From the NCBI RefSeq assembly GCF_006345805.1, contig NC_043018.1:24428001-24492000 (forward strand): a stretch of 64,000 nucleotides of DNA, in the 5' to 3' direction. Position 1 is the first letter of the stretch. Every line of letters begins with the position of its first letter. Below, piece after piece: positions 11,483 through 24,420 of this stretch. The position numbers and the translations under genes are program-made. Source of the stretch: Octopus sinensis. Lineage: Eukaryota. Under the pieces are notes generated by a model that was not told the DNA's origin, made no database searches, and saw nothing but the letters and a program-made list of their open reading frames with translations.

Positions 11483-12866
11483 AAAAATAGAAAGAGATAG
11501 CTGCTGCTAGATCCATAATATCTATGTTATTTAACATACAGACCTCTGCTGTTAACTATGTAACATCTTTGTTTGATAAACAGACAGGCCTCTACTCTTA
11601 GCTCAAGATACTTACTGTCATGTCCATACAAAGATCTATATAATAAGCTCTCTATAATAGCTGTTATGTTTTATAAACATACAGACCTCTCTGTTAACTC
11701 TAACATCTTTATGTTTAATAAACAGGCAGTCTTCTACTCTTAACTCAAGAGACTGGCTGTCGTGTAGATATATATATATATATATATATATACATACATA
11801 CATACAGATGTCTTAAAATGGCTGTTATGCTATATAAGCATACAGGTTATTTGTTGCTAGTTCCATAATATCTGTATGTTTAACAAACATTCAAATGTCT
11901 CTCTCCTGTGAGCTCTGTACATTGGCTGTTATGTTTAACAAACATCAAGACATTTACTGCTGAAACATTAAAAAATGAATTTTTAAAAAATAAACATTAT
12001 CAGAAGAAACTTAAAAAAAAAGAAAAGAAAAAACTCCATGAAGTCAAACTTAACAGAAACATATTTTAAAGCTTTATTTATAATAAATTCTATTAAAAAA
12101 CTGGAACAAATGATATTTTTTTATATTTGTTATATGCATGTTATTAATAGTATTTATGAGTTGTTACAATATTAACACCATATTGTTATAGTAATATTTA
12201 TAAGAGTTTCATATTGACATTGAGTTATTATAATATTGACATCATATTGTTGTTATGTGTATGTTGTAAATAGTATTTATAAGAGTTATTATTATATGTA
12301 TATTGTAATATTTAGGAGTTTTATATTGTATATATATGTATATATTGATATTGTGTTATGTATGTTGTATTTATATAGTTTAATGGTTTCAAATTTTGGG
12401 ACAAGGTCAGCAGTCTTAGGCTAATGTGTAAGTTGATTACATCAACCCCAGTGCATAACTGGTACTTATTTTATCCACCCTGAACGGACGACCTCTCCTC
12501 CTTTCAGTGGGGGTGGGGGGTCGATAAAATAAGTGCCAGTTGAGCAATGGTTGTGGTGGGGTGTCGATATAATCGACTCAACCCTCTCCTCACAAAATTT
12601 TAGGGCTTGTGCCTTTAGAAGAAAAAAAAAGGCGTTTATAACACTTAAATCAGAATGGTTACAAATTTACGCATGAGGCGAGCAAATTTGAGGTGGGGGA
12701 AGTTAGTCGATTACATCCTAACCCCCCCCCCCAATATATGGCTGGTACTTTATTTAATCAACCAGAGGTAAACTTAGCCTTGGCAGGATTTAAGAGTTAA
12801 ATTATACGGTAATTACTACTAAAAACATTCACTTAGTATAACTAAATTATAGCTGTTATGTTATAG

Positions 12867-13085
12867 CAGTGCTTTTCAAACTTTTTGCTGGAGCGGAACC
12901 CCAAGGAAACATTCCACTGGCTCGAGGAACCCCTGTGCAATAATTTAATAGTCTTATGCACAAATATCTGCACAGGAGAATTAAAAATTACTGCCAATTT
13001 TTGCAGCTTTGTAACTTCTTGCAGAACCCATGGACTGTACTGGCGGAACCCTAAGGTTCCTTGGAACCCTGGTTGAAAACCACTG
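12867..13085. mobile_element. hAT-type MITE, copy 1
   Basis: TIRs cagtgcttttcaa / ttgaaaaccactg; 8-bp TSD tgttatag / tgttatat. Confidence 0.92.
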
Positions 13086-13744
13086 TGTTATATCATTTTG
13101 TAATCATTGCTGTTACACATGGAGTAGTTAGCTAATAATGCCATAGTTTTGGTAAATTATTCTCACTTTGTGTGTATATATATAGCAAATAGGTAACAAG
13201 GCTATCAAGGTATTAATGCATTACATTTTAACAGTCAGGATATACTATTATAATTTTTAGCAAGTATTTCATCGGAGCGAGAAAAGGAAAGAATTCCATG
13301 CTGTTACTAATGTGGCACTGAAGATGGCGCTGTATTTCAAATTGATGTAATGCTTGCATTGTTTGATTAAATGGAGACGCCTGAAACCGCTGCATTGTAC
13401 TAATACTGGGACATCTTTGTTACTTATTTGATCTTTATTCACCTTACTCTGAGCCTTGCAGATAACACTGGACTGCCCTGGTGCATCAACTATATACCTT
13501 ATACAACTGAATCTTAATTATTTCTTATATATATATATATATATCTATGTAAAACTTGCATTAAGGGGGGAGATTTACTTGAGAGGATGTGTTTTTGTGT
13601 TAGTTATTCTTCCCCTAGTTAATCTGCATAAGATAGGATACAGCATGAGAAATTATATTTTTATATATATATATATAAATATATTATATATATATTTTTT
13701 CTCTTTTTGTAATTTCTCTGTTACCATAGATTTAATATTCTTTT

Positions 13745-14110
13745 CTACTCTAGGCACAAGGCCCGAAATTTTTGAGGAGGGGGCCATTGATTAGATTGAC
13801 CCCAGTGTGCAATTTGTACTTAATTTATTGACCCTGAAAGGATGAAAGGCAAAGTCGACCTCAGAATGTAGTGGTAGATGAAATACCTATTTCTTTACTA
13901 CCCACAAGGAGCTAAACACAGAGAGGACAGACAAACGGATTAAGTCGGTTATATCGACCCCAGTGCGTAACTGGTACTTATTTAATCAACCCTGAAAGGA
14001 TGAAAGGCAAAGTCGACGTCGGTGGAATTTAAACTCAGAACATAGTGGCAGATGAAATACCGCTAAGCATTTCGCCTGGCGTGCTAATGTTTCTGCCAGC
14101 TTGCCGCCTT
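13745..14110 (-). mobile_element. Composite SINE (A-tail copy fused to a 5'-truncated B-tail copy)
   Basis: Junction aaagaaatag|gtatttc at 13887/13886; same architecture at ~27495-27880 and ~34080-34480. Confidence 0.85.
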
Positions 14111-14983
14111 ACCATAGATTCAATATTGATTAAAAAAACCTAAATAGCTTTTTTTTTTTTCAACCATAATTTGAAATACAAATAACTACTCTGCCATTGA
14201 ATCTCACCATTTGTGTTTTGAAATACGGTTGAAGAAAAAAACAATATGATGGATTTTGATCTGCAAGAAACCTATGGTAGCAGAGAATTAACAATTTAAC
14301 CAGTATTGAGTACTCCTTCTTTCAGTTTGTTACTAACGATTATGTATATAATCTTAATCCTGCTTGACCTAATGTGACAAATATTGTGCATTTTAACATA
14401 TATATGTATATAAAAATAATCTCTTTTACTGGTTTCAGTCACTGGACTGCAGCCATGCTGGAGCACTGCCTTAAAGGGGTTTTAGTGAAACAAATCAATA
14501 CCAGGAGTTATTTCTTTCTGTTTTTTCTAAGTCTGATACTTATTCTGTCAGTCTCTATTGCTGAACTATTAAGATATGGGGGAGGGGTGTAAACAAACCA
14601 ACACCAGTCATCAAGTGGTGGAGGGGACACCTCCCCACACATATCTATGGGTTTCTACACAGTTTCCATCTACCAAATTCACCAACATGGCATTGAATGG
14701 GGCCTGGAGGGGTTATTATAATAGAAGACATTTGCTCAGGGTGCTGCACAACGAAACAACCCATATGATTGCAAAGCTGGTTTCTTAACCACACAGCCAC
14801 ACCTATACACACTTTCCCCACCCCATACACTACAAACTTACGTTAAAAACACTAACTTTAATTGTTCCACATTCTGTGTATGAGATTCAGTTTTGTACTT
14901 TACTATTAAAATATGTAAGTACACACACACACATATATATATACATATATATAAAAGAGCATTGTGGTACCGAAGTAGAAAAG

Positions 14984-15205
14984 GAAAATGAAAAAAAGCT
15001 TCTAACAATGTAGAAAGTTTTACAAAAACCTTTGTTTTAGGTCCAAATGCCCATTCTCAGAAGGAAGCAGTCCAAGAAATGTCTGGTTACATCAATTTAA
15101 CTACACATTTCTTGAACTGTTTCTTTCTGAAGATTGGCCTTTATGCCTGAAATATAGATTTCTTTTTTATAAAACTTCCTGCATTGTTAGTTTTTTTTCA
15201 TTTTC
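14984..15205. repeat. Imperfect inverted repeat (~100-bp arms, 22-nt spacer), Penelope-like relic
   Basis: 14984-15082 is the reverse complement of 15105-15205. The right arm carries CTGAAGA..GGC..GCC..GAAA; the left arm has only a more decayed version. Confidence 0.75.
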
Positions 15206-15217
15206 TACACACACCTT

Positions 15218-15547
15218 TAAATATAACAAAGAATTTAGTAAAATAACTTAGTTACCATTAAGCTAGTGTTAGGAACATAAATTATGACTAAGGTTTAGTA
15301 GAAGATTTTAATTCAGAACTTTTGACAAGACGTACTACAGAACCAAAAGTGGTTTCAACCGGGTTGTTATCAAAAGTGTTAAATAATATAACAAAGAATT
15401 TAGTAAAATGTCATTAACTGAGTGTTAGGAACGTAAATTATGACTAAAGTTTAGTGGAAGATTTTAATTCAGAACTTACAGGAACAAGACATTTGTACTA
15501 CAGAGCCAGGGGTAGTTTCAGCCGGGTTGATATCAAAAGGATTAAAG
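15218..15547. repeat. Two tandem ~165-bp partial copies of a piggyBac-like MITE end
   Basis: aaatataacaaagaatttagtaaaa...tatcaaaag(t/g)(g/a)ttaa occurs twice; ends resemble ...aaagggTTAA. Confidence 0.6.
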
Positions 15548-15999
15548 AAGGTTGTCGTGTGTGTGTGTCTTGGTCCTCCACCACTGCTTGACAACACAGT
15601 GGTGTGTTTATGTCCCTGTAACTTAGTAGTTCAGCAAATGTAACTGATAGAACAAGTACCAGGCTTTAAAAGAAAATAACAACAAGAGTCAATGTGTTCA
15701 ACTAAAATACCTCAAGGTGGTGCTGTAGCATGGCCGCAGTCTAATGAGTGGGGAAATGTTTAGTCGGACTTACGTTATTGAAAGGGTGTGTGTATATACG
15801 TATGTATGTATGTGTGTGTGTATATATATATATATATAATATATATATATATTGTATTTGGTGAAGAATAGTGTTATTGACTTCAGCCAGACCAAACCTT
15901 ACTATATTTATGATGGCAAAAGTGGCAAGGGATTATCTGTGCAACTTGGGTAAGACAAACACCACACAAGGTATTTTATCAAAAAAAAAAAAAAAAAAA

Positions 16000-18860
16000 A
16001 TTAAAGTTATTTTATCAACCCTGAAAAGATAAAAGGCAAAGTCAGCTTAGTGAAATTTGAACTTGGAACCTAAGGAGTCAACATTTTGTCCGATGTGCTA
16101 ATGGTTCTTCTGTCTTCATAATAATTGTTTCAAATTTTGGTACATGGCCAACAAGTTTGGAGAATAGTCAGTATAATTGACCTCAGGAGTTAATTGCTAC
16201 TTCATTTTATCAACCTTGAAAGGATGAAGGGCAAAGTTGATCTTGGTGGGGTTTGAACTAAGAACATAAAGCATCAAAACAAAATATTGCAAAGTGCTTT
16301 TTTCTAATGCTTTAATCATTCTACCAGCTCACCAATAATAATCCTTTCTACAATAGGCACAAGGCCTGAAATTTGAGGGGAAGAGACTAGTTGATTACAT
16401 CAACCCCAGAGATTCACTGGTACTTAAGTTATTGACCTCAAAAGGATAAAAGGCAAAGTCGAGCTTGGCGGAATTTGAACTTAGAACGTAGTGATGGACG
16501 AAAGTATTTTGCCCGGCGTGCTAATGACTCTGCCAGCTTGCCGCCTTGAATAATTATAATAATAATAATCCTTTCTACTTAAGGCACAAGGCCTGAAATT
16601 TGTGGGGAGGGGACTAGTCAATTATATCAACCCCAGTGTTTCACTGGTATTTAATTTATTAACCCGAAAGGATGAAAGGCAAAGTCGACCTCGGTGGAAT
16701 TTGAACTCAGAATGTAGCAATGGGCGGAATACTATTAAGCATTTCATCCAATGCGTTAACAATTCTGCCAGATTCTCACCTTCTCAATAACGGACATAAT
16801 AAAATGTGTTCCTAGGTTCCAACATGAAATATCAACTAGGATCTTTATCTATCACTAGGGTAAATAAACTTTTAAAAAGGCCCTTTCTGTCTGCTGCACG
16901 TGTACACACACACATACAAAAACCCCTGAATTTAGTATGAGATTACAAAACTAGGAGAAGATGCCAAAAACGATATGATGTCAATAAGTTATGGTTTTAT
17001 GATTTATAATTTTTTTTTTTACTAAATATATAAAATAAATAAACAATTCTATCATGGAAGAGTTACTTTAACCATTTAAGAATACACGAAAGGTTGTTAT
17101 GGTTACACCCCGTTTTATTTCTTAATAATACTGTATACTCAGTACACCTCTGAGACCCCTGTGACATGGTTTCCAGCCGAGGCAGCTTCCATTGCATGGA
17201 AAGGAGCATAACAACTTAGTTTTTCCTTTTTTTTTAGACTTTGTGCGACGTTAAATGGCTAAAAGGAATCTTCTATGATTTAATTGTTTTCTTTTCTTCA
17301 GTTTTAATTCATGGCTTTAAATGAAGCCATGAAATGAATATATTTTTTTTTTGGAAATATCGAAATTAATAAATAAATAAATAAAGGTGAAAAAAAAAGA
17401 AAAAAAGAAAAAAGTTTCAACAATAACATCAACAACAATTATATTAATTGCACCTCCCCCACACCTGTAATTATTTTTTTTCTTCTTTGTAGGTGTGAAA
17501 CCTGAGGTTTATTTTTTGTTTTTGTTTTTTTTTAAATTTTACTATTTGGGAGTGGGGGTGGGTGGGAATGAGGGGGAGATGTTGTAATGCATATCCCTTT
17601 CCACAAGCGGATCAGTGAAGAGGTTCCAAGTGGAGGTCAAAACGAGCTGAAGGACACAGCGCAACATGTGCCACACTAACCTGCCACATGTGCCACACTA
17701 ACCCTCCACCACAATCGTTATATGCATAATAATGAGTTTATAACAAAACAACAGCTGTAACGATAATAATAATGATAATAATAACTCTTTCTAATTTTTG
17801 ACAAAAGGCCACCAATTTTGAGGGGAAGGGTCAGTCAATTACTTGTCCGGCACCTTATTTAATTGACCACGCTGAGACGAAAGGCAAAGTCAACCTCGGT
17901 GGAAGTTGAACTTGGAATGTTAAGCTGGAAGAAATCTTGCTAAGCACTTTGTTCTGTAGGCTAAGATTTCTGTCAGTTCACGACTTTAATAAAAACAATC
18001 CTTTCTACTGTAGGGCACAAGACCTGAAATTTGTGGGGAGGGGACTAATCGATTACATTGAACCCCAGTACCCAACGGGTACTTAATTTATCAACCCTGA
18101 ACGGATGAAAGGCAAAGTCGACCTCAGCGGAATTTGAACTCAGAACGTAAAGACAGACGAAATGCCACTAAGCATTTTGTCCTGTGTGCTAACGATTCTA
18201 CCAGCTTGCTGCCTTAATAATAATAATAATAATAATAATTCTTTCTCCTAAAGGTATAAGGCCTGAAATTTGTTGGGAGGGGGATAGTACTTATTTTATT
18301 GACCCCCAAAGGATGAAAGGCAAAGTCAACCTCAGCAGCATTTGAGCTCAGAATGTAAAGATGGACAAAATGCTGCTAAGCCGTTTGCCTGATATGCTAA
18401 CGATTCTTATTTCTTTATTGCCCACAAGGGGCTAAACACAGAGGGGACAAACAAGGACATTAAGTCGATTACATCGACCCCAGTGCATAACTGGTACTTA
18501 ATTTATCGACCCCGAAAGGATGAAAGGCAAAGTCGACCACGGCGGAATTTGAACTCAGAACGTAATGGCAGACGAAATACCACTAAGCATTTCGCCCGGC
18601 GTGCTAACGATTCTGCCAGCTCACTGCCTTCCACTGTTCTAATAATGATAATTGTTTCTCGTTAAACAAGGCCAGCAGTTTTTAGAAGGATAGTTGAGTA
18701 CATTAACCCTAGTACTTGACCGGTACTTAATTATATCAAAACCCCACCCCCTCCTCCCTGCTGCAAGGGATTAAAGGCAAAGTCAACCTTGGTGGGATTT
18801 GAGCTCAAAACATAAAGAAGCAGAACAAAAACCCTCGAGGCTGACGCTTTAGCAATTCTA
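16000..18860 (-). mobile_element. Two clusters (~16000-16790, ~17790-18860) of minus-strand tRNA-SINE copies separated by (AAT)n
   Basis: Repeated ggatgaaaggcaaagtcgacct...atttgaactcagaa blocks, each preceded by ctttctact...ggcacaaggcctgaaatt and AAT runs. Confidence 0.85.
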
Positions 18861-19828
18861 CCGATCCAACACCCTTAATAATAATAATAACAACAATAAT
18901 AACAATAATAATAATAACAATATGAGCAACAATGATAAGTTACAGCTTCAACAAAAATGTAAATGCAAAATTAATCAAGACCCAGCTTCATTAATTTGCA
19001 GCTACTGGTTAATTAAATATTCCTGCTCAATTATGTCTGCAAGTGTTCATACAGGGTCATAAATTGCTTAATTAACAACTCCCAAACTTAAAGGGTTAAT
19101 TATTTGTTAACAATGTTTATTATAAACAGGCATATTTCTAGATATATACACACACACAGATATATATATATACCTGGCTCTCTGTCAGGTATGATGGCAA
19201 AGGTTCCAGTTGATACGATCACCAGAACAGCCTGCTCGGGAAACTAACATCTAAGTGGCTGAGTATTCCACAAACATGCATACTCTTAACGTAATTCTCA
19301 GGGAGATTCAGTGTGACACAGAATGTGATAAAAACTGGCCCTTTTGAACTGAGTAAACTGGAGCAAAGAAAAATGAAATGTCTTGCTTAAGGATACAATG
19401 TATCACCGGAATAGGATCCATGGCTTCACGATCGTGTGCCAAATACTGTCATCATTAAATCAGGTGCCTTCCACAAACATACATACATACATATAAATAC
19501 ACACTCATGCTCACATATACACACACCTACGTATTGGTGTCAAATAATGTAGGAAGGTATTTACCCCCAGGTCAGCCCTGATTGAACAAACCTATGATTA
19601 AAGGTATTCCAGCCATGACTATCCCATGTTATATATATATATACACACACAGAGACACATGCAAATATACATTCATAAATATCTCAATGTGAAAACAGAA
19701 ATTCCCAAACAATTTTACTTGAGAAATACTTTAGAATAAATAAAATATTTTGCTGTGCATTAAACTAAATTATGTCCCTTATATATATTTTAGCCAATAA
19801 ATAAATCTACATTCTCTAAGTTATAGAT

Positions 19829-20029
19829 CAGTGCTTTTCAATCTTTTTGCTGGAGCGGAACCCCAAGGAAACATTCCACTGGCTCGAGGAACCCCTGTGC
19901 AATAATTTAATAGTCTTATGCACACATATCTGCACAGGAGAATTAAAAATTACTGCCGATTTTAGCAGCTTTGTAACTTCTTGCGGAACCCCTGGACTGT
20001 ACTGGCGGAACCCTGGTTGAAAACCACTG
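19829..20029. mobile_element. hAT-type MITE, copy 2
   Basis: Same TIRs; perfect 8-bp TSD ttatagat; near-identical to 12867-13085 apart from an ~18-bp internal indel. Confidence 0.94.
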
Positions 20030-20099
20030 TTATAGATAATTGATGAACTCCGTAATTCTTTAGTCAATAAACAATGCTTGAAACTTCAATTTATATTTT

Positions 20100-20760
20100 G
20101 AACATTTCTAAAATATAATTTTATTTTTGTGATGATACACCAATCTATATCTTGCATTGCACCTAACCTCATCTCTACACTTGCTATATCTCGCAGCGTA
20201 CCTGGCTGCACCTTGCACTGTGTCCAGCAACATCCTTCTTTGGTTGTAGCCATATCTTGCAGCAAGCCAAGCTGCATCTTGCAAAATGCTTAGCCACATC
20301 TTGCAACAGGCCAAGCCATATTATGCATTGTACCTTGCATCTTCTCGCAGCATGGCCTTGCTATGTCTTGTAGCAAGCCTAGCTGCATCTTACATTTTGC
20401 AGCATGCCTAGTTGCATCTTATAGCATGCCTTGTTGCATCTTGCGATGTGCCTGCCTACAGCTCACAGTATGCATAACCATGTCTCGCAACAGGCCTAGC
20501 TGCATCTTGCTGCATGCTTTGCCATCTCTTGCCACAGGCCTAGTCACATCTCACATTGTGCAGCCTGACTAGCTGCATCTTACAGTGCATCTACATGCAT
20601 CTCGGAGAATAACTAGCTACATCTCATAGCACAGCTAGCTGCATGTATTGGTGTGTCCAGCTGCACCTTGCAATGCACTTAGCTATATCAGTGCATCTAG
20701 CTTCCTCTTGTGATGCATCTAGCTACATCACGTAGAACACCTTGTCACATCTCGTGGCAC
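20100..20760. repeat. Highly degenerate ~22-bp minisatellite (catcttgcagcaagccaagctg)
   Basis: Recurring (g)c(a/t)gcatcttgca cores about every 22 nt over ~650 bp. Confidence 0.75.
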
Positions 20761-21387
20761 ATTGTTTGAGAATCACTGAAGCAGGGTGTGATTAGAGGGA
20801 CGTTTGGCTGCTATTTCTAACAGGCTGTATTGTCATCATAAGACTACCGAAACAATAATTTATTTGAATAAATTATTCAGAAATAAAAACAATAACAAAC
20901 ATGATTTTAAGTTAATCATCTCGAATCTCATTGTCCAGAGGGTGGGGGGGTGACAGTGGGGTAGGGGGTTTTCACTTCCTTTTGTTGTATTGTTGCTGAG
21001 TAAATTTATGATGAAATGTGTTCCATCCATGGCCACCCCGTCTTATATATATACACATATATATGACTACGTTATCAAATGTATATCCTTTCTTCATCTA
21101 GGACAGTAGGGTGTGATTTGAGGGAGAATTTGACTACTATTTCTTGCAGGATCAACAACTACATAGAGGCCCCCCCCCCCGGCTAAATTTTGTTGTTGTT
21201 GCTGTTAGAGGAGGATGAAGCAGTGAAGGGAGCAGGAATTCCTCCAAGCAGTATTGGGGAGTGGCCAGGGTGGAGGGCTTTGATTTTTATCTACTTTTGT
21301 GGAGTGGGGGTGAGTTTGGTTGGGGTATTTAAGAGAAAGTTGGTGTTTTTTTTTTTTAGTGTGTTTTTGTGTTTGTGTTTGGTGTTG

Positions 21388-21573
21388 TTACCGTAAAAAC
21401 TGTTGTAACATGTCAATCGGTAAGGGGAATACGATTGTGGAATTCTTCTCGGCCGAGATTGTACTTAGCGTCTGGAGATAACGGAGCTGCAAAGCTGACG
21501 GGGACTCATTGATGACGTCAGCTGCTTCCTTAAGGGCACGAGAAGCTTGATGTTCGCCTTCAGCAGCAATTAC
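21388..21573 (-). CDS. STOM: Stomatin-family terminal exon 8 ([61 protein letters not shown])
   Basis: Acceptor ttttcattctttccAG, 186 nt ending in [27 protein letters not shown] is the conserved stomatin C-terminus. Confidence 0.96.
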   Translation of the reverse strand, partial: VIAAEGEHQASRALKEAADVINESPSALQLRYLQTLSTISAEKNSTIVFPLPIDMLQQFLR

Positions 21574-21594
21574 CTGGAAAGAATGAAAAGGAAA

Positions 21595-21626
<32 letters not shown>

Positions 21627-22481
21627 AGTCTGAGTGAAATCAGTTGAAAACTGTGGAAATGCATAATGACCATACACACACAAACAGACATCTATTTTAT
21701 ATATATATCATCATCCTTTAATGTCTGCTTTCCATGCTGGCATGGGTTGAATGGTTTGACTGAAAACTGGTAAGCCAGGGAGCTGCACCAGATTCCAATC
21801 TGATTTGGCAAGGTTTCTACGGCTGGAAGCCCCTCCTAATGCCAATCACTCCGAGAGTGTGGTTGGGTAGTTTTTACATACCACTGGCATGGGTGCCATT
21901 GACCCGACACCAACATCAGCCACGACTACGGTTTCACTCGGCTTGAGAGGTCTACACAACCACGGTGTATTCTTTTCTACTGTAGGCACAAGGCCTGAAA
22001 TTTTGGGGGAGGTGGGGCTGTTAATTAGATCAACCCCAGTATGCAACTAGTACTTAATTTATCAACCCTGAAAGGATGAAAGGCAAAGTCGACCTCAGTG
22101 GAATTTGAACTCAGAACGTAAAGACAGACGAAATACTGCTAAGCACTTTGCCCAGCGTGCTAACAATTCTGCCAGTTCACTGCCTTACAAGGATGGTGCA
22201 TTGCCAAAGGTGTTGGTCACTTTTCACTGCCTCAATGAGGCCTAACACTCGAATGGTGCTTTTTTTCTTGGATATATTTGATTTTTTAGTTGGTATAAAA
22301 GTTCACAAAGCACTGAACAGAATATGTTGTCCTTGAAGACAACATCCCTGAAAGCTTTAGTCCTTGTTATGTACCCTTGTTAGCTCTTCTGTCTTGTGAG
22401 TTGTTTTCTTCTATTTTTCACTTTATGTCAAGAAGTATACAATCTTAACTATGGAAAGAAATTGAAGAGAAAATCTATCTG

Positions 22482-22519
<38 letters not shown>

Positions 22520-24041
22520 TGTTATTGTATGACAAAATGTAAGGGGTGGGGGAGAAATACTAAGAGTGGAAAAAAGAAAAAGGAGAGAACCAGAAATGAA
22601 AGAGAGCAAAGGAGAGAGACACACATAGAAATAAAAGAGAGAGAGAGAGAGATGTAGAAAGAGTGAGAGAAACGTTGAAAAAGTGAAAGAGATGTAGAAA
22701 GAATGAGAGATATGTAGAAAGAATGAGAGATATGTAGAAAGAGAAATATGTGTAAAGAGAGAGAGAGAGAGATGTAAAGAGATGTACAAAGGGAGGTAGA
22801 GGTGTAGAAAGAGGAGAGATGAATAAAGGGAGGGAGAGACATAGAGAGAGAAGGCGAGACATATAAAGAGAGATGTAGCAACAGATATAAAGATATTGAA
22901 GAATGAATTGATTTTTTGACATCAACTTTGAGCAAAAGTAATTATTGATCAGTAATTATTTTAATCATTTTCACAGCTGGATGAATGCCCCCACATCTCA
23001 CTAATTAAGCAATCATCTAGGAGGGACTAAAGGAATTTAGTTCTATAGTTGGATACCAGCCTCTCCTTACTATTAACTATTTGACTGTGAAGTTATTGAT
23101 TAGCCCCAGGTTAGGCTTCATCCAGTAGATATGACTAAAGGTGTTCCAGGCATGACCATCCTGCCTTTATTTCAGGAATAGTGTACGTTGGATTATATCA
23201 TCCAATATGTCCGTCTTTAAAATGGTAAAGATTTATGATTTGACTGCTATCTCTAATATGTTGTGCAACCTCATAGTGGTACCCAACAGAAAAGAGGGAT
23301 TGAACTTGGTTTTTGCGCAGGCCAAACTGGAGCAGTAAAGCAAGTGGACATGACTCCATAACAATAGTAAAATTGTGATGTCAAGACGAGGAGACAACAT
23401 ACACACACACACGTATATATATATATATATATATACACATATATATACACATATAAACATACATATGCACATTTCACATAAATGTACACACATATATACA
23501 TAAATACACACACACATATACATACATAAGCAGATATAGACACACTCATATATACATGCATACACATACAATGATGTGTACATATATACACACTGATATA
23601 TGCAGAGATTTGCATACCCACATGCACACACAAATATGAACATGACATACTTGCATACACACGCATCAGCACAAACACACACACACGCAATATATCATCA
23701 TCATCATTTAACGTCCGCTAGTCATAAATGACAGAGAAATATTTTATGAGATTTTATTTAACAATAAGAAATTTCTAATATCACAACAGATTGTTTCGTA
23801 ACTTAAAAACATGTAAGTAATTTATATTATTATATTTATTAACAAATAAATTACTTACATACCTGCATTAATGCAAAATGCAAAAAAAATCCTGATTTAT
23901 ACACATGCATACATATCTTCACAGGTACCCATAATAGTTGCATACCTGTGAACATATTGACACACACACACACACACATACAGACAGAATCATAGAGACA
24001 CAGTCACACACAGAACTAGGAAATAATAGTTAGTCACTGAC

Positions 24042-24120
24042 CTTAGCTTTTGCTTCTCTAGATGCTTCAGCCTCTGCAGCCATTGCTCTTTGTAACTGGA
24101 CTGGTAATCTGACATCTTTT
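24042..24120 (-). CDS. STOM: Stomatin-family exon 7 (KDVRLPVQLQRAMAAEAEASREAKAK)
   Basis: Acceptor ctctctccacAG, donor AAG|GTCAGT, 79 nt. Coiled-coil QRAMAAEAEA motif. Confidence 0.96.
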
Positions 24121-24179
24121 CTGTGGAGAGAGAGGAGAGAGAGAGAGACGATGAAAATGTATGTGTGTGTGTGTGTATG

Positions 24180-24210
<31 letters not shown>

Positions 24211-24254
24211 TATATATAAAGTTAATCCAAACAAGAAAACACAAAAAAACACAG

Positions 24255-24420
24255 CAACGCGAGGACGTGGAACAAATAAAGTATTATTGGACGCTCAGGG
24301 AAGAAGGAGGGTTTAACGTTTCGAGCGGAGCTCTTCGTCGGAAACAAAGGAGAAGGAAAGATCCCGAGAAGGGAAGACAGAGGAAAAAAATTGCTGGCGG
24401 TGCTCACGAGGTCACATGTT
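24255..24420 (-). mobile_element. Penelope-like terminal-repeat relic containing a minimal hammerhead-like motif (24311-24345)
   Basis: Minus strand GUUU-CCGACGA-A-GAGC(UCC)GCUC-GAAA-CG-UU-AAAC. Confidence 0.6.

Noticed and set aside
17493-17700. Plus-strand exon after the strong acceptor at 17492, or an extra stomatin exon on -
   Set aside because: Short reading frames with no recognisable homology and no compatible partner splice site.
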